64,000 bases of DNA. Origin: Patescibacteria group bacterium. GTDB lineage: Bacteria > Patescibacteriota > Patescibacteriia > UBA1558. A program made the position numbers and the translations under genes. Within the stretch, counting starts at the first letter, position 1, and each line of letters opens with the position of its first letter. This document shows positions 52,980 through 63,600 of the stretch, piece after piece. A model generated the notes under the pieces. The model searched no databases and was not told the DNA's origin. It saw nothing but the letters and a program-made list of their open reading frames with translations. Location: assembly GCA_016784445.1 (NCBI GenBank), contig JADHUR010000001.1:89128-153127 (forward strand), written 5' to 3'.

Positions 52980-52993
52980 TAAACCTAGCTAAA
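52976..52993 (+). repeat. 18-bp direct repeat, copy 2 (start of NUDIX gene)
   Basis: ATGATAAACCTAGCTAAA. Confidence 0.9.
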
Positions 52994-53350
52994 GCAATAA
53001 TACAAAAAGAAGATAAATATCTTCTCTTGCAAAGATCATTCAAATCTCACTTCTTTCCTAGTCAGTATGATTTCCCTGGTGGAAAGATAAAAGAAGGAGA
53101 AAAAACAGAAGATGCTATAATTAGAGAAGTTAAAGAAGAGACTTCCCTATCAATTGAACTTGGTGAAAAGATTGGAAACTATCAATTTGTAGCAATGGAT
53201 AATAAACTTCACTTTCAAATATTTGAATCTAAATCTTTTACTGGAGATATTGAATTAAGTGAAGATCATACAGAAGCTATATGGGTAAGTAAAAAAGATT
53301 TAAAGCTATATGATTTAGCACCAATCGTTAAACTATATTTTGAAGAGTAA
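52976..53350 (+). CDS. NUDIX hydrolase (MutT-like)
   Basis: FPGGKIKEGEKTEDAIIREVKEETSL, LSEDH..W. Confidence 0.88.
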   Translation: MINLAKAIIQKEDKYLLLQRSFKSHFFPSQYDFPGGKIKEGEKTEDAIIREVKEETSLSIELGEKIGNYQFVAMDNKLHFQIFESKSFTGDIELSEDHTEAIWVSKKDLKLYDLAPIVKLYFEE

Positions 53351-53367
53351 ATTATTAAAATAATATT

Positions 53368-53949
53368 ATGAAAAAATGTCCACATTGCGCTGAAGAAATT
53401 CAGGCAGAAGCAAAAAAATGTAAATATTGTAGCGAATGGTTAACAGAAACAAAAGAAGAAGAAAATATCTACGATAGAGTAGATAATGAAAAGCAACCAA
53501 CATCTAATATGCCTCCGGAAAAAGAAAAGAAAAACCTTGAAGGATTTAAGGGTTGGCTTGGATTTGTTTCCATATGGATAGCCGTTACTCCACTGTATAT
53601 ACTATCTAATTTTGTAAGATCGTATAGCTTTCTAATTGAAACTCAACCAAAGGCTATATTCTTTATGTCTTATGCTTTTACAATATTGTATATTGCATTC
53701 TATATATGGATTATCTACATTATGTATAGTAAAAAAAGAACATTTAAGTATTGGTTTCTTGGCGCAGCACTATTATCAATAGTCATATCTGTAACAGACT
53801 TCATTGGAATACCAAAAGAAACAATTGAACTTATGAAACAAAGTGGAAATAGTCCAGTAGTAGGAATATATGGATCAGTACTATATGCTGTTATCTGGAT
53901 AACTTACTTTTGGAGATCTAAAAGAGTTAAGAATACATTCATTAAATAA
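53368..53949 (+). CDS. Zinc-ribbon plus DUF2569-like membrane protein
   Basis: CPHCAEEIQAEAKKCKYC, GFKGWL, W..YF..SKRVKNTF. Confidence 0.75.
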   Translation: MKKCPHCAEEIQAEAKKCKYCSEWLTETKEEENIYDRVDNEKQPTSNMPPEKEKKNLEGFKGWLGFVSIWIAVTPLYILSNFVRSYSFLIETQPKAIFFMSYAFTILYIAFYIWIIYIMYSKKRTFKYWFLGAALLSIVISVTDFIGIPKETIELMKQSGNSPVVGIYGSVLYAVIWITYFWRSKRVKNTFIK

Positions 53950-54106
53950 TAAACAACCGTGATTCCTAATATATTTACAAATTTGGAATAGACTATGGTG
54001 AATACGGTTCTGGATTTGATTCTATAAAACTTAAACCAATTAGATAGAGGAAATAAAAAAACAACGCTGATTATCTGACGTTGTTTTTAATTTTTCAGCA
54101 TAGAAA

Positions 54107-54358
54107 CTATGCACTGTGAGATAAAACACTTACTCTCAAGATCTCTTGTTCCACCCAAGGCGTTCCATTTTTCTCAGCCAATTCATAAAGCCTTCTCTGA
54201 AGCTCTTTATGATGCTCATAATCCGGATGACTAGCATTGAAATAGAAACTCTCAGCCAAGTACAATAAATGCGGACTTACAGTATTATGCAAGTGCATTT
54301 CATGAAGCTTTTCAACAATCTCTTGCTCGGTCATAACTGCAACATTCAAATCTGACAC
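54107..54358 (-). CDS. Hypothetical microprotein (83 aa, GTG start)
   Basis: AGGAGGGG RBS before GTG at 54358. Confidence 0.55.
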   Translation of the reverse strand: MSDLNVAVMTEQEIVEKLHEMHLHNTVSPHLLYLAESFYFNASHPDYEHHKELQRRLYELAEKNGTPWVEQEILRVSVLSHSA

Positions 54359-54377
54359 TTTAACCCCTCCTAGGATT

Positions 54378-54539
54378 TTAATTACTAAAATATTTAATAG
54401 CCAATCCAACACTCAATATAATAGTACTAGCAAATACTGTCTCTATATGATTGCTAAAACTCCTATCACTAGAAGAATAATAATCATATGCTGAAACAAG
54501 CAAGAACACTATACCAATAGCAATTAATATGATATCCAT
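54378..54539 (-). CDS. 53-aa two-TM microprotein; absent from ORF track
   Basis: MDIILIAIGIVFLLVSAY..IILSVGLAIKYFSN; TGATG-coupled to the upstream ORF. Confidence 0.45.
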   Translation of the reverse strand: MDIILIAIGIVFLLVSAYDYYSSSDRSFSNHIETVFASTIILSVGLAIKYFSN

Positions 54540-54694
54540 CAATTATCCAGCGTTTCTTCATTATTCTCGTCATATTCACCGTGATAATATGTATTACCCG
54601 ATTTTCTTGATTTATGACTAGCGAAAATAAACACAACTACAAGAACAAATAAACCATATACAATAATATGATTTTCATTGAACAATAACTCCAT
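54539..54694 (-). CDS. 51-aa single-TM microprotein; absent from ORF track
   Basis: AGGAGG RBS, TTGACA-17-TAATAT promoter; MELLFNENHIIVYGLFVLVVVFIF.. Confidence 0.5.
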   Translation of the reverse strand: MELLFNENHIIVYGLFVLVVVFIFASHKSRKSGNTYYHGEYDENNEETLDN

Positions 54695-54926
54695 TTTTTA
54701 TATACCCTCCTATATATATTTGTTAAACAACAGATATCCCATATTAACTAATATATTTATAGCTGTCAATAATTAAAAAAGCCCCAATCTGTTAAGACGG
54801 GGCTTTGATTCTCCAGAACGAGAGGAGCGGTTCTTATTCTGCCTAATCTCCTTCATATGAAGGGAAGTGCAATTATCCGTTTATGAGTTCCTAGAACTCA
54901 CCATGTCGTTCTTAGAGAGGGATTGA

Positions 54927-55133
54927 TTACTTTGAAGATGATGGAAATGTTTCTTCGAGAAGTTCACGAGTTAGAATCTCAGCAAATTCCATCATTTCTT
55001 CTAATTCAATACCTATAGCCTTTGCCGCAGTGCCCATTTCTCGCTTGAAAGAATTGCCCAAACGAAGACCTCTTTCTGAAAGTCTATCCTTAAGCAACAA
55101 CATTGCAATCTCACCTTTTCTCTTTTCGTCCAT
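54927..55133 (-). CDS. Small acidic helical hypothetical protein
   Basis: AGGAGG RBS, TTGACA-17-TATTAT promoter; MDEKRKGEIA.. Confidence 0.65.
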   Translation of the reverse strand: MDEKRKGEIAMLLLKDRLSERGLRLGNSFKREMGTAAKAIGIELEEMMEFAEILTRELLEETFPSSSK

Positions 55134-55270
55134 TTTGGACCTCCTGTAATGTACTGTAACTACACACCCTGTAGTAAGGATTCCTATTATTTAGGAATAC
55201 TGGATAATATCATATATTTAATACTTTGTCAATAATAAAACAGCCTATACAGGCTGTTTATACAATCACG

Positions 55271-57487
55271 CTATTTTTTCTTTGTGGGTTTCTTTTTCTT
55301 AGCAGGTAATGGTAATGAGAAGCCAAACTTACTCCCCTTCCCTTTACCAGGACTAGATACAAAGGTTACACCATCATGAGCTTCAATAATCTTCTTAGCA
55401 ATATATAGTCCTAAACCTGAACCATTAGTGTCTACTTTAGTAATATCTGTGCCTCTAGCAAACTTTTCAAATAATTTATCTAAATCTTTTTTAGAAACAC
55501 CCATACCTGAATCTTCAATAAATATTCTTACTTGTTTAGAAGTTGTTTCAATAGATAGTTTTACAAAACCCTTAGACGTATATTTCAATGAATTGTCTAT
55601 AAAATTACCAACCACATCTCTAATCTTATCTCCATCTGCTGCTACTATTATTTTCTTCTTTGGTAAACTATAGGTATATTTTAATTTCTTCTTCTTAGCA
55701 GCCATGTCAAAATCTCTAGCTGTAGATCTAACAAGCTCTATAATATCTACCTGTTTTTTAGCAATCACTAATCTATTTGCTTCAATTCTAGAAATATTTA
55801 AAAAGGTATTTATAAGTCTAGACATTCTATCTGCATTAGCAAAAAGATCACTAATAACAATCTGTGCATCTTTAGGGAGTCTGCCAAAGTCTCCTTCTGA
55901 AAGCATAGAAAGATAACCTTTAATGCCAGAAAGTGGAGTGCGCAATTGATGAGATGCAATGGATAAAAATTCTGACTTTGCTCTATCTAATTGTTGAAGA
56001 TTATCATTTGCATAAGTTAATTTCTTATTACTCTTTTGCAGATCTGTAGTTGCTTCTTTAACTTTCTTCTTAAGCTTTGTATTAAATTGTTTGACCTGTT
56101 CATATAGCTGAGCATTATCTATTGCTACAGATGCTTGATTAGCAAGTATATCTATAAGCTCCAAATCTTCACTAGAATATGTTTCTTTAGATAATTTACT
56201 ACCAAGAGCTATAATGCCTATTAAACTATCTTCTTTAACAAGTGGGGCTAACATTGCGATATTACTCTTATTCATAGCAATATGGGCCTTTTTGAGGCTA
56301 TCTACGGTACTTGTATCTAGAATAGACTTAGATATTATTGGTATTTCATCTGCAAGCAATGGAGCCCTACTTAATGCTAAATATTTAAGTAAATGTTTAT
56401 TATGAACAATTGTTTCAATTTCACCCACACTAGCTCCATAGGCCATCATAACATCACAATGTGGTTGTCCATTATTATCTGAACAGATTATTAAACCTGA
56501 ATTTTCTAAACTGAAAGAATCATTTACAGTATTAATTATTGAATCTACAATATCTTCTAAATCTATAATAGAAGTTAAATGATGACTTAAATCCCTCAGT
56601 ACTGATTGATAATCATACATATCTGTAAAAAAGTATCTATTCGCAATACCTGAGAATAGATTGCGCAATGGTTGAATGGTAAGAAGACCAACAATTAGTC
56701 CTAATATCTCCCAATTATCTATTCTTGGAAAATTCCAACTGAATATATTAAAAATAAACTTACTTAGACCAATTGCTACTAATAAGGACAATACATTGAT
56801 TAATCCCCTTTGAATGATTAATCTGTGATCCATAAATCTATGGCGAACAATTGCATAAGCAAGTAGTGATAGGAATAATAATCCTCCAATATATGCGATT
56901 GGATAAACTGTAATGCTATATGCTGGTAAAAAACCAGTTATTCCAAAGATAACAAATATTAAAAAAGCGAGTAATACATAGCGTGATTGAGCACGAGCAA
57001 GACCAGACTTTGTTTTGTTAAAATATTTGTATAAATCTTTGAAGAGAAGAACAATAAAAATAGCATAATAGCCTAAGAAGAGATGATGAAATAGTTGAGC
57101 TTTAGTATGTGCTCCCCAATCATAATAGAAAACATCTGCTACAAAATATTCTGTTTTAAGCATAATAACAAAAAATATTCCTACAATATATGTTAATAGT
57201 ATTGATTGTCTACTTTTTTTATTCTTAGTAAATAGAACACTAAAATGATAAAACAATGCTGGCATCATACAAATGCCAATATAAACAAACTTATCCCAAA
57301 ATATTATCTCAGGTTCTGTTAAACCAATAAATAGTTTATATGTTCCAATGAGCCAAATAGTGACTGTAAGTGAAAGAAAAAAGAAAACAATATTTAATTT
57401 AGATTTAATATTTTTAAGTAAAATAAAAAAACCCAATCCTAAAACAAAGATTGCAGACAGTAATGGTAATACTTGTATCAAGTCCAT
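55271..57487 (-). CDS. Multi-TM (7TM-type) sensor histidine kinase with GAF domain
   Basis: TM N-terminus, LANQASVAIDNA (GAF exit), ASHQLRTPL (H box), NFIDNSLKY, DSGMG, GSGLGL. Confidence 0.9.
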   Translation of the reverse strand: MDLIQVLPLLSAIFVLGLGFFILLKNIKSKLNIVFFFLSLTVTIWLIGTYKLFIGLTEPEIIFWDKFVYIGICMMPALFYHFSVLFTKNKKSRQSILLTYIVGIFFVIMLKTEYFVADVFYYDWGAHTKAQLFHHLFLGYYAIFIVLLFKDLYKYFNKTKSGLARAQSRYVLLAFLIFVIFGITGFLPAYSITVYPIAYIGGLLFLSLLAYAIVRHRFMDHRLIIQRGLINVLSLLVAIGLSKFIFNIFSWNFPRIDNWEILGLIVGLLTIQPLRNLFSGIANRYFFTDMYDYQSVLRDLSHHLTSIIDLEDIVDSIINTVNDSFSLENSGLIICSDNNGQPHCDVMMAYGASVGEIETIVHNKHLLKYLALSRAPLLADEIPIISKSILDTSTVDSLKKAHIAMNKSNIAMLAPLVKEDSLIGIIALGSKLSKETYSSEDLELIDILANQASVAIDNAQLYEQVKQFNTKLKKKVKEATTDLQKSNKKLTYANDNLQQLDRAKSEFLSIASHQLRTPLSGIKGYLSMLSEGDFGRLPKDAQIVISDLFANADRMSRLINTFLNISRIEANRLVIAKKQVDIIELVRSTARDFDMAAKKKKLKYTYSLPKKKIIVAADGDKIRDVVGNFIDNSLKYTSKGFVKLSIETTSKQVRIFIEDSGMGVSKKDLDKLFEKFARGTDITKVDTNGSGLGLYIAKKIIEAHDGVTFVSSPGKGKGSKFGFSLPLPAKKKKPTKKK

Positions 57488-57536
57488 GTCCTCCTAAAAA
57501 AACTTTATTAATATGTATATTATACTCGAAATCTAA

Positions 57537-57899
57537 TTATCCACCAACTATATATGGATAAAAGATTAATATTCCAATTATTATTGCTGCAATACTAGCA
57601 AGAAGTACAGCTGCTGCCATCATGTCTTTAAGCACTGCAACATAATGATGAATCTTAGGTTTTAAAATATCCGCCATTCGTTCCATGACAGTATTAATTA
57701 TCTCAAGTATTAAGACAGTAAATATTACTAATATTAATATAACTGCTTCTTTTAATGTGATGTGTAAATAAAACATCATAGCAGTAACAAATAATGCTAT
57801 GAATAACTCTATTCTAAAATTCTGTTCATCTTGCCAGACTTTTATAAGTCCACGCCAAGCTCTAGAAATACTTTTAAATGTTTTTTTGAAATAAATCAT
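57537..57899 (-). CDS. DgkA-family kinase (diacylglycerol/undecaprenol kinase)
   Basis: A.RGL..EQNFRI, LEIINT.ME, KDM.AAAV; next to ybeY. Confidence 0.85.
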   Translation of the reverse strand: MIYFKKTFKSISRAWRGLIKVWQDEQNFRIELFIALFVTAMMFYLHITLKEAVILILVIFTVLILEIINTVMERMADILKPKIHHYVAVLKDMMAAAVLLASIAAIIIGILIFYPYIVGG

Positions 57900-58290
57900 A
57901 GATATTTTTTTCAACTTTACTCATCTTAATATAATCTGAATCTTTTTCATGATCATATCCGGCTATATGCGTTAAACCATGAATAGTTAATTTAATAAGC
58001 TCTTCTTCTAAATCTAAATTATTTTCTTTAGCTTGTCTTATTGCTTGTTTTAAACAGATAAAGACCTCACCCTCATTACCATAAAAAAAAGATAAAACAT
58101 CGGTTATCTTATCCTTCTTTCTATATAGCTTATTAAGTTGTTTAATTTTAGCTTCCGTAACAAAAATTATACTAATATCTAATTTACTAAGCTTTAATTT
58201 CCCAACAGCAAAGGCACTCAGTTTTTGCAGAGTAGATAATACTTTTTTATCTAACTTTTCTGTATATACAAAACTTACAGGAGCTATCAT
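57874..58290 (-). CDS. ybeY: rRNA maturation RNase YbeY
   Basis: LN..YR.KD..TDVLSF, HGLTHIAGYDH. Confidence 0.92.
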   Translation of the reverse strand: MIAPVSFVYTEKLDKKVLSTLQKLSAFAVGKLKLSKLDISIIFVTEAKIKQLNKLYRKKDKITDVLSFFYGNEGEVFICLKQAIRQAKENNLDLEEELIKLTIHGLTHIAGYDHEKDSDYIKMSKVEKNIYDLFQKNI

Positions 58291-58291
58291 A

Positions 58292-59920
58292 TTAATTATT
58301 TACTTCAATTGTTTCTTCCACCTCTGCCTGACATGCACCAGCTATTAAAGTTCCATCCGTAAGCACATTTAGATAATATCCTGTACTTTCTATAGTACCA
58401 TCTAATGGATCACTTGGAATTGATACTAAATAATCTGGCACTAAAATTGAAGTAAGGTCTGCACATTGTGTTATTGTAGAAACATTATCACAAGACATTG
58501 CGCAATCCCCTGCATTATTACCTATCATCTGATATGAATCAACATCATCATCAATTATTTCTGGAAGTGTTAAATTCTCAACTTGATATTCAAGTAATGC
58601 AAAACGTATATCTGTAATATCTTTTAATCTTTGCGCATCTCTATTTTCAGAAGGTAAGCCCTCATCTATTGTAATAAGTTCCCAACTATTAAGCATCATA
58701 TCATATGTTGCCTGGTAATTTAGCTGATTAGTTGTACCAACATTATATATTATTGAATAAATGCTACTACCAACACCAAGGTATGTGTATCTACCAGCAC
58801 CCGCTTGGACACCAACGATATTATTTAGAACAATTTCTTCTAAACTATCTGCCTCAATATCTTCATTATAACTTAAATACCAATTTCGAGCAGAAAGACC
58901 TAGTGGATTTTCAAGTACAAGTATCTGAACAAATTCTGTTGTTTCAGAATTAAATATTACCTGTTCCTTTTCTTCTGTTAAAGCTCTGACAGTCCATTCG
59001 GTTGGGTATAGGATGGAATAATTATATTCAGTATTAATATATTGTGTAACAGTTTCGGTATCTGCAAGTAATGTAGCTACTTGAGCTGGGTCATACAGAT
59101 TTACCAATTCACTGGCATCTGAATAACCATCTTCATCAGTATCTACCAATGCTGAGTTTGTTGCATATAGATTTTCTTCAATATCTGTTAATCCATCTTC
59201 ATCTGTATCCAAACCAGAGATTAGTTCAATTGCTAAATCATCTCCTGTGTCTGGAGCAGCTTCTTCTTCACCATTTTCAATAAATGGCTCAATTAAACTA
59301 GGTCCTGCCTGATACTCTCCACTCTTTAAAGTAAGAATGCCTAATACTCCACCCTCTTCAAGAGTAAAGGTTAATTTATATGATTGATTACTATTCTGCG
59401 GTACATAAATATATGAATTTCCACCAGGACTTGGATTAATTGGAATATTATCTAAATAATTATCCAAAAGATCATCCATAATATCTGGATAAGCTTTCAT
59501 CTCCTGATAATATAAGGCAAGTGCAGAACGTACTCCTGTTATGTCATCGAGTCTCTGCCTATCTCTATCTACTGGAGTAGAAGAAACTTCTTCTTCCTCT
59601 TCATCAACTTCATCTAATGGTAGCAAATCATTATTTAAAGGTGGATTGATTAAAAGATTATCTTCAGGTATCACAGTCATGGTGCTATAGAACCAAAAAC
59701 CAGCAGCTATAACTGCAATCACAACAATAGCTGCAATAATAATCATAAGCTTTGGAGAACTCTTTCCTTTACTAGGTTTAATAGGACCAGAACCATCAGG
59801 TTTTGGCATTGTATATATTTCTCCTGTCATGCTATTTCCTAAAGTTTGACTAGCATCTGAGCCTGTATTATCTACTAATTGACTCCCAGTTGTTTCTTGG
59901 TTTTTGTTATCTGTAAACAT
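58292..59920 (-). CDS. Membrane-anchored acidic surface protein with two pilin/GspG-like domains, Ca-binding repeats and a PsbP-like domain
   Basis: RDRQRLDDI..ALALYY..YP and RDAQRLKDI..ALLEY..IPSDP; DTDEDG x2; YINTEYNYSILYPTEW. Confidence 0.6.
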   Translation of the reverse strand: MFTDNKNQETTGSQLVDNTGSDASQTLGNSMTGEIYTMPKPDGSGPIKPSKGKSSPKLMIIIAAIVVIAVIAAGFWFYSTMTVIPEDNLLINPPLNNDLLPLDEVDEEEEEVSSTPVDRDRQRLDDITGVRSALALYYQEMKAYPDIMDDLLDNYLDNIPINPSPGGNSYIYVPQNSNQSYKLTFTLEEGGVLGILTLKSGEYQAGPSLIEPFIENGEEEAAPDTGDDLAIELISGLDTDEDGLTDIEENLYATNSALVDTDEDGYSDASELVNLYDPAQVATLLADTETVTQYINTEYNYSILYPTEWTVRALTEEKEQVIFNSETTEFVQILVLENPLGLSARNWYLSYNEDIEADSLEEIVLNNIVGVQAGAGRYTYLGVGSSIYSIIYNVGTTNQLNYQATYDMMLNSWELITIDEGLPSENRDAQRLKDITDIRFALLEYQVENLTLPEIIDDDVDSYQMIGNNAGDCAMSCDNVSTITQCADLTSILVPDYLVSIPSDPLDGTIESTGYYLNVLTDGTLIAGACQAEVEETIEVNN

Positions 59921-59930
59921 TTATTTTAAA

Positions 59931-60671
59931 TTATAATTCATTATCTGTATTATCACCTATTGGTGGCAACTGAAGTAATTCTCCTGGTCCATTTGGATTA
60001 TATCCAGCTTTTACTTCACTGCCATCTAAAAAACCATCACCATCAGTATCTTCATTTAATGGTTCTGTCTTATATGTTATAACCTCTTCTTTATCAAAAA
60101 GACCATCATTATCACTATCTGGATTATATGGATCTGTTCCAATTGATAATTCCTGAGCATTTGTTAAACCATCACCATCTTCATCTAAGGTATCATTTGG
60201 ATCAACTGGATCAATGATATCTGGCTCAATAATTTCTTCCTCATCTTGATTTACTTCATCTGCAACTTCATTTTGATCTTGCTGACTATTATTAATAGGA
60301 TCATTAACAAATTCTTCAAACTCATCATATTTAGGAGTTGATGTAAATTGTATAACAGCGATTATAATAATAGCCGCGACTACAACAAGTCCTACTAAAT
60401 AAAATAATTTCTTTGAACCACCAGATCTTTTCTTTTTAGGCATAATACCTGCCCCAGGTAAATCTGTTAAGGGTTGAGCTGGACCAATATCTTGCATAGG
60501 GGGTTGCGCCTGCATTGGCATTTGTTTTGGCATTATAGAATTATCTACATCTGCTAAAATATCCTCTGGCTCTTCCATGGATTCTTGTTTTGGCATTGGT
60601 GATTGTTTAGGTGTCTCCTTTGGCTCTGGAGCTTGTGCACCAGATTGCTCTGATTGTAAATCTTCAAACAT
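59931..60671 (-). CDS. Membrane-anchored protein with bacterial TSP3-like Ca-binding repeats
   Basis: P/Q-rich N-terminus, single TM, DEDGDGLT / DSDNDGLF / DTDGDGFL. Confidence 0.7.
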   Translation of the reverse strand: MFEDLQSEQSGAQAPEPKETPKQSPMPKQESMEEPEDILADVDNSIMPKQMPMQAQPPMQDIGPAQPLTDLPGAGIMPKKKRSGGSKKLFYLVGLVVVAAIIIIAVIQFTSTPKYDEFEEFVNDPINNSQQDQNEVADEVNQDEEEIIEPDIIDPVDPNDTLDEDGDGLTNAQELSIGTDPYNPDSDNDGLFDKEEVITYKTEPLNEDTDGDGFLDGSEVKAGYNPNGPGELLQLPPIGDNTDNEL

Positions 60672-60691
60672 AATATTTATTATTTAATATT

Positions 60692-63600
60692 TTATGGTAT
60701 TGTCTTTCTAATTTTAATAGATTTTTGTGCGCCACGTTCAATCTGACATAAATTATTACATCCATCACCTACAAATTTATTACCATCATCACATTGTTCA
60801 CTAAAATTCTTATCATTTGGTTGTTGTAATATTCCATCACCACAATATGCCTCTGCTTCATTAAGACATTGTGAATTGCAACCATCTCCATCTATACTAT
60901 TAGCTGGTATATTTTCACACTCTTCATTTACCCCAAAACTATTTGGTGACTGAATACGGCCATCACCACAATATGCTGTTATTTCACTTTGACATAAAGC
61001 ACTACAACCATCTCCAGATAATTTATTACCATCATCACATTGTTCTCCATCATTAACTATACTATTTCCACAATTATTACTTGATTCTGCTTTACATGTA
61101 TCTACAATTTGAGTCTCTAAATTATTAATCACCTGACAAGTATTTATGTAATTGCCAGTGTCAAAATTATTACAAACATCAGTAACACCTTGATCATATA
61201 TTGATTGAGCGTCTGTACAGGTAATAGCTTGTAAATTAACAACACTTGTTTGAACAGATGCTTTAATATTATCTATTCTTCCTTGTCCTAAAATTCTCAT
61301 ATTCATTAATCTATCTAATGTATCTACTTGATGACTAATTTGATAAGCTGGCATATTGTATTCAACAGAATTTTCTAAACCATAAGTAGCGGATTTTAAT
61401 GATGAAATACCAGATCGTATTTGAGTTAAATTGTTTCCATTCATTTTATTTCTTAAACTTACAACATCATTAGATATATTGCTATATTCAGATGCAACTC
61501 CTACCCATTCATCATTTAGCTGACTTAAGTTATTTACACTTGTTTCATAATTACTAACTGTATTATTAAATTTTTGTTCAACAAATAAATTAAGCTCTTC
61601 ATTTATTATTTCTAATTTAATAGCTTTAGCAATTGCATTATCATATAAATTATTCTGATTGGATAAATCTCCTTCTAGCACATCTTTTACTATCACCGTT
61701 TCATTATAGTCTGTAAGGGCTGTATTGTATGAGGATTGTTTCTGAGATAATTCTGCTTCTAGTTCAAACAAAATAATACTCTTAGCTTCATACAAATCTC
61801 CTTTTTGAGTTAATGTCTGAACTGCTGTATTATAATTAGAATTTGCTTGCAAATATGAACTTTCTTTAGAAGCATAATCTTGACTTGCATTATTAAAAGC
61901 TTGTAAAGCTGAATTATACTTTGTTTGCAAATCTGATACCTGCGCTTCTTTAGTAATAATATTTGTCTCTATAGTCTCCAATTCCACTTCTTTACTTTCT
62001 ACTATAGCTCTATCAAAAAAGAAATCTTCAGTTAGATCTAATAATATTTCCTCTTCCAGTTGAAAATCATTCTCTCTTACCGCTGTAATACTGAATGAAT
62101 TTAAAGAAACTTTCATGCTTTCTATTTCTACTTTCAATTCATCTCTCTCTTTGCTTAACACCTCTAATTCTTGTTGTGCTGCCTTTAAATCCGTTTCTGC
62201 AGAATTCTTTAAAGCATTAGTATCACCCGTATTAGCTTCTGCCTCCTGATATTCGTTTCTAGTCTTTTCTACTAGAAATGAAGCATTATTTACTTCCTCT
62301 TGAGCTGTCTTAAACTCATTTTCAGCCTGATTAACAATTGTCTGAGTAGTACTTACACTATTATTTGCTTCCTGCAAATTTGCATTTAAAACATTCTTAT
62401 ACTCCTCTGTTTCAGTAACGGCTTTCTCAGCTTCAATTAATCTAATATCTAAATCTGCAATCTCTAATTGAATTCTATTTAACTCGGCTGAAGCAATACT
62501 GGAAGTATCTATGCTTTTATAGTTATTAAAATATGAATCTAAACTATCACGTGTATTGTTCTTATTAGTAGATATCATCTCATAAGAACCAAGTTGATTG
62601 GTTAATTGATTTACTAAACCATCATGCTGGTCAATCATAGTGTCCCATAAATCCATTCTATCCTCTCCCCAAGCAACAATCTCATTTATATAATTATCTA
62701 TATATGATTGACTACTACAACTATTATTTGGATCAAGTGCATTGCCAGTTACTAAGATATCATAAAGAGTTTGAACTACTGGAAGCATTCCACAATTAGG
62801 TAAATAAATGCTATCCAATACACTCATATCATTATACATAGCTAAAATACCATTTTTAGCTTGAGAAAGCCTACCTGTATCTAATCTGTCCAGAATGTCA
62901 GAAAAATCACTTCTTAAACCTTCACAAATATTTCTACCTTCTTCTAATTTATTAATTTCATCAACTTGCTTATTCACTAAAGAAGATAGTGTATTTACCT
63001 CTGTTTCAATACTTATTCTCTTAGCATCTTTTAAATCCTCTAATAAATTATCTAAACTTTTCTCATCACTTAAATTTGCAGACATAATCTTTTCAATATA
63101 TCCAATATCTGCACTAATTTCTGAGTTATTTAAAGCTACATCTATCAATGCTGTACCCGCCCTTGCCCTAGCTACTAGCCCACCAATAGATTGAGTGCTA
63201 TATGCAATAATATCTCTTATGGCAGTATCTACACTTGGTTGATTATTTAAAAGATAAAAATAGTCTCCTCTAAAATCATCTAATTCCCCTTTTAAAACAG
63301 ATTCTTTTTCATTAAATGATAAATCTGTAGCTTTAAGACTACTATCAAAAGAATTCTTACTGCTTTCTATGCCGGTATTAATACTATTAACTATATCCAG
63401 GTATGAATCTACTTGCTGATAAGAATTATTTATAGACACACTAGTTGTTTCAACATTAGCTATCTCCTCTGCAATCTTATTGAATGAATCTGAGCTCTCT
63501 TGAATTAGCAGGATAGTATCATTACACTGATTCTCTCTTGCTACCCAACTATCTACAACTTCACAAAAATTACCTCCTGATTGATTATATGCAGACTGTA

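Noticed and set aside
53955-54047. Imperfect hairpin (AACCGTGATTC/GAATACGGTT) after the array as an integron attC site
   Set aside because: Ends do not match RYYYAAC/GTTRRRY, it is single-copy, array genes overlap with no room for attC sites, and no integrase is present. It may be a gene remnant (YKFGIDYGEYGSGFDSIKLKPIR*).
61400-62500. SMC protein (scpAB are in the window)
   Set aside because: The coiled coil lacks Walker A/B and hinge motifs, and ends in extracellular Cys-rich repeats.
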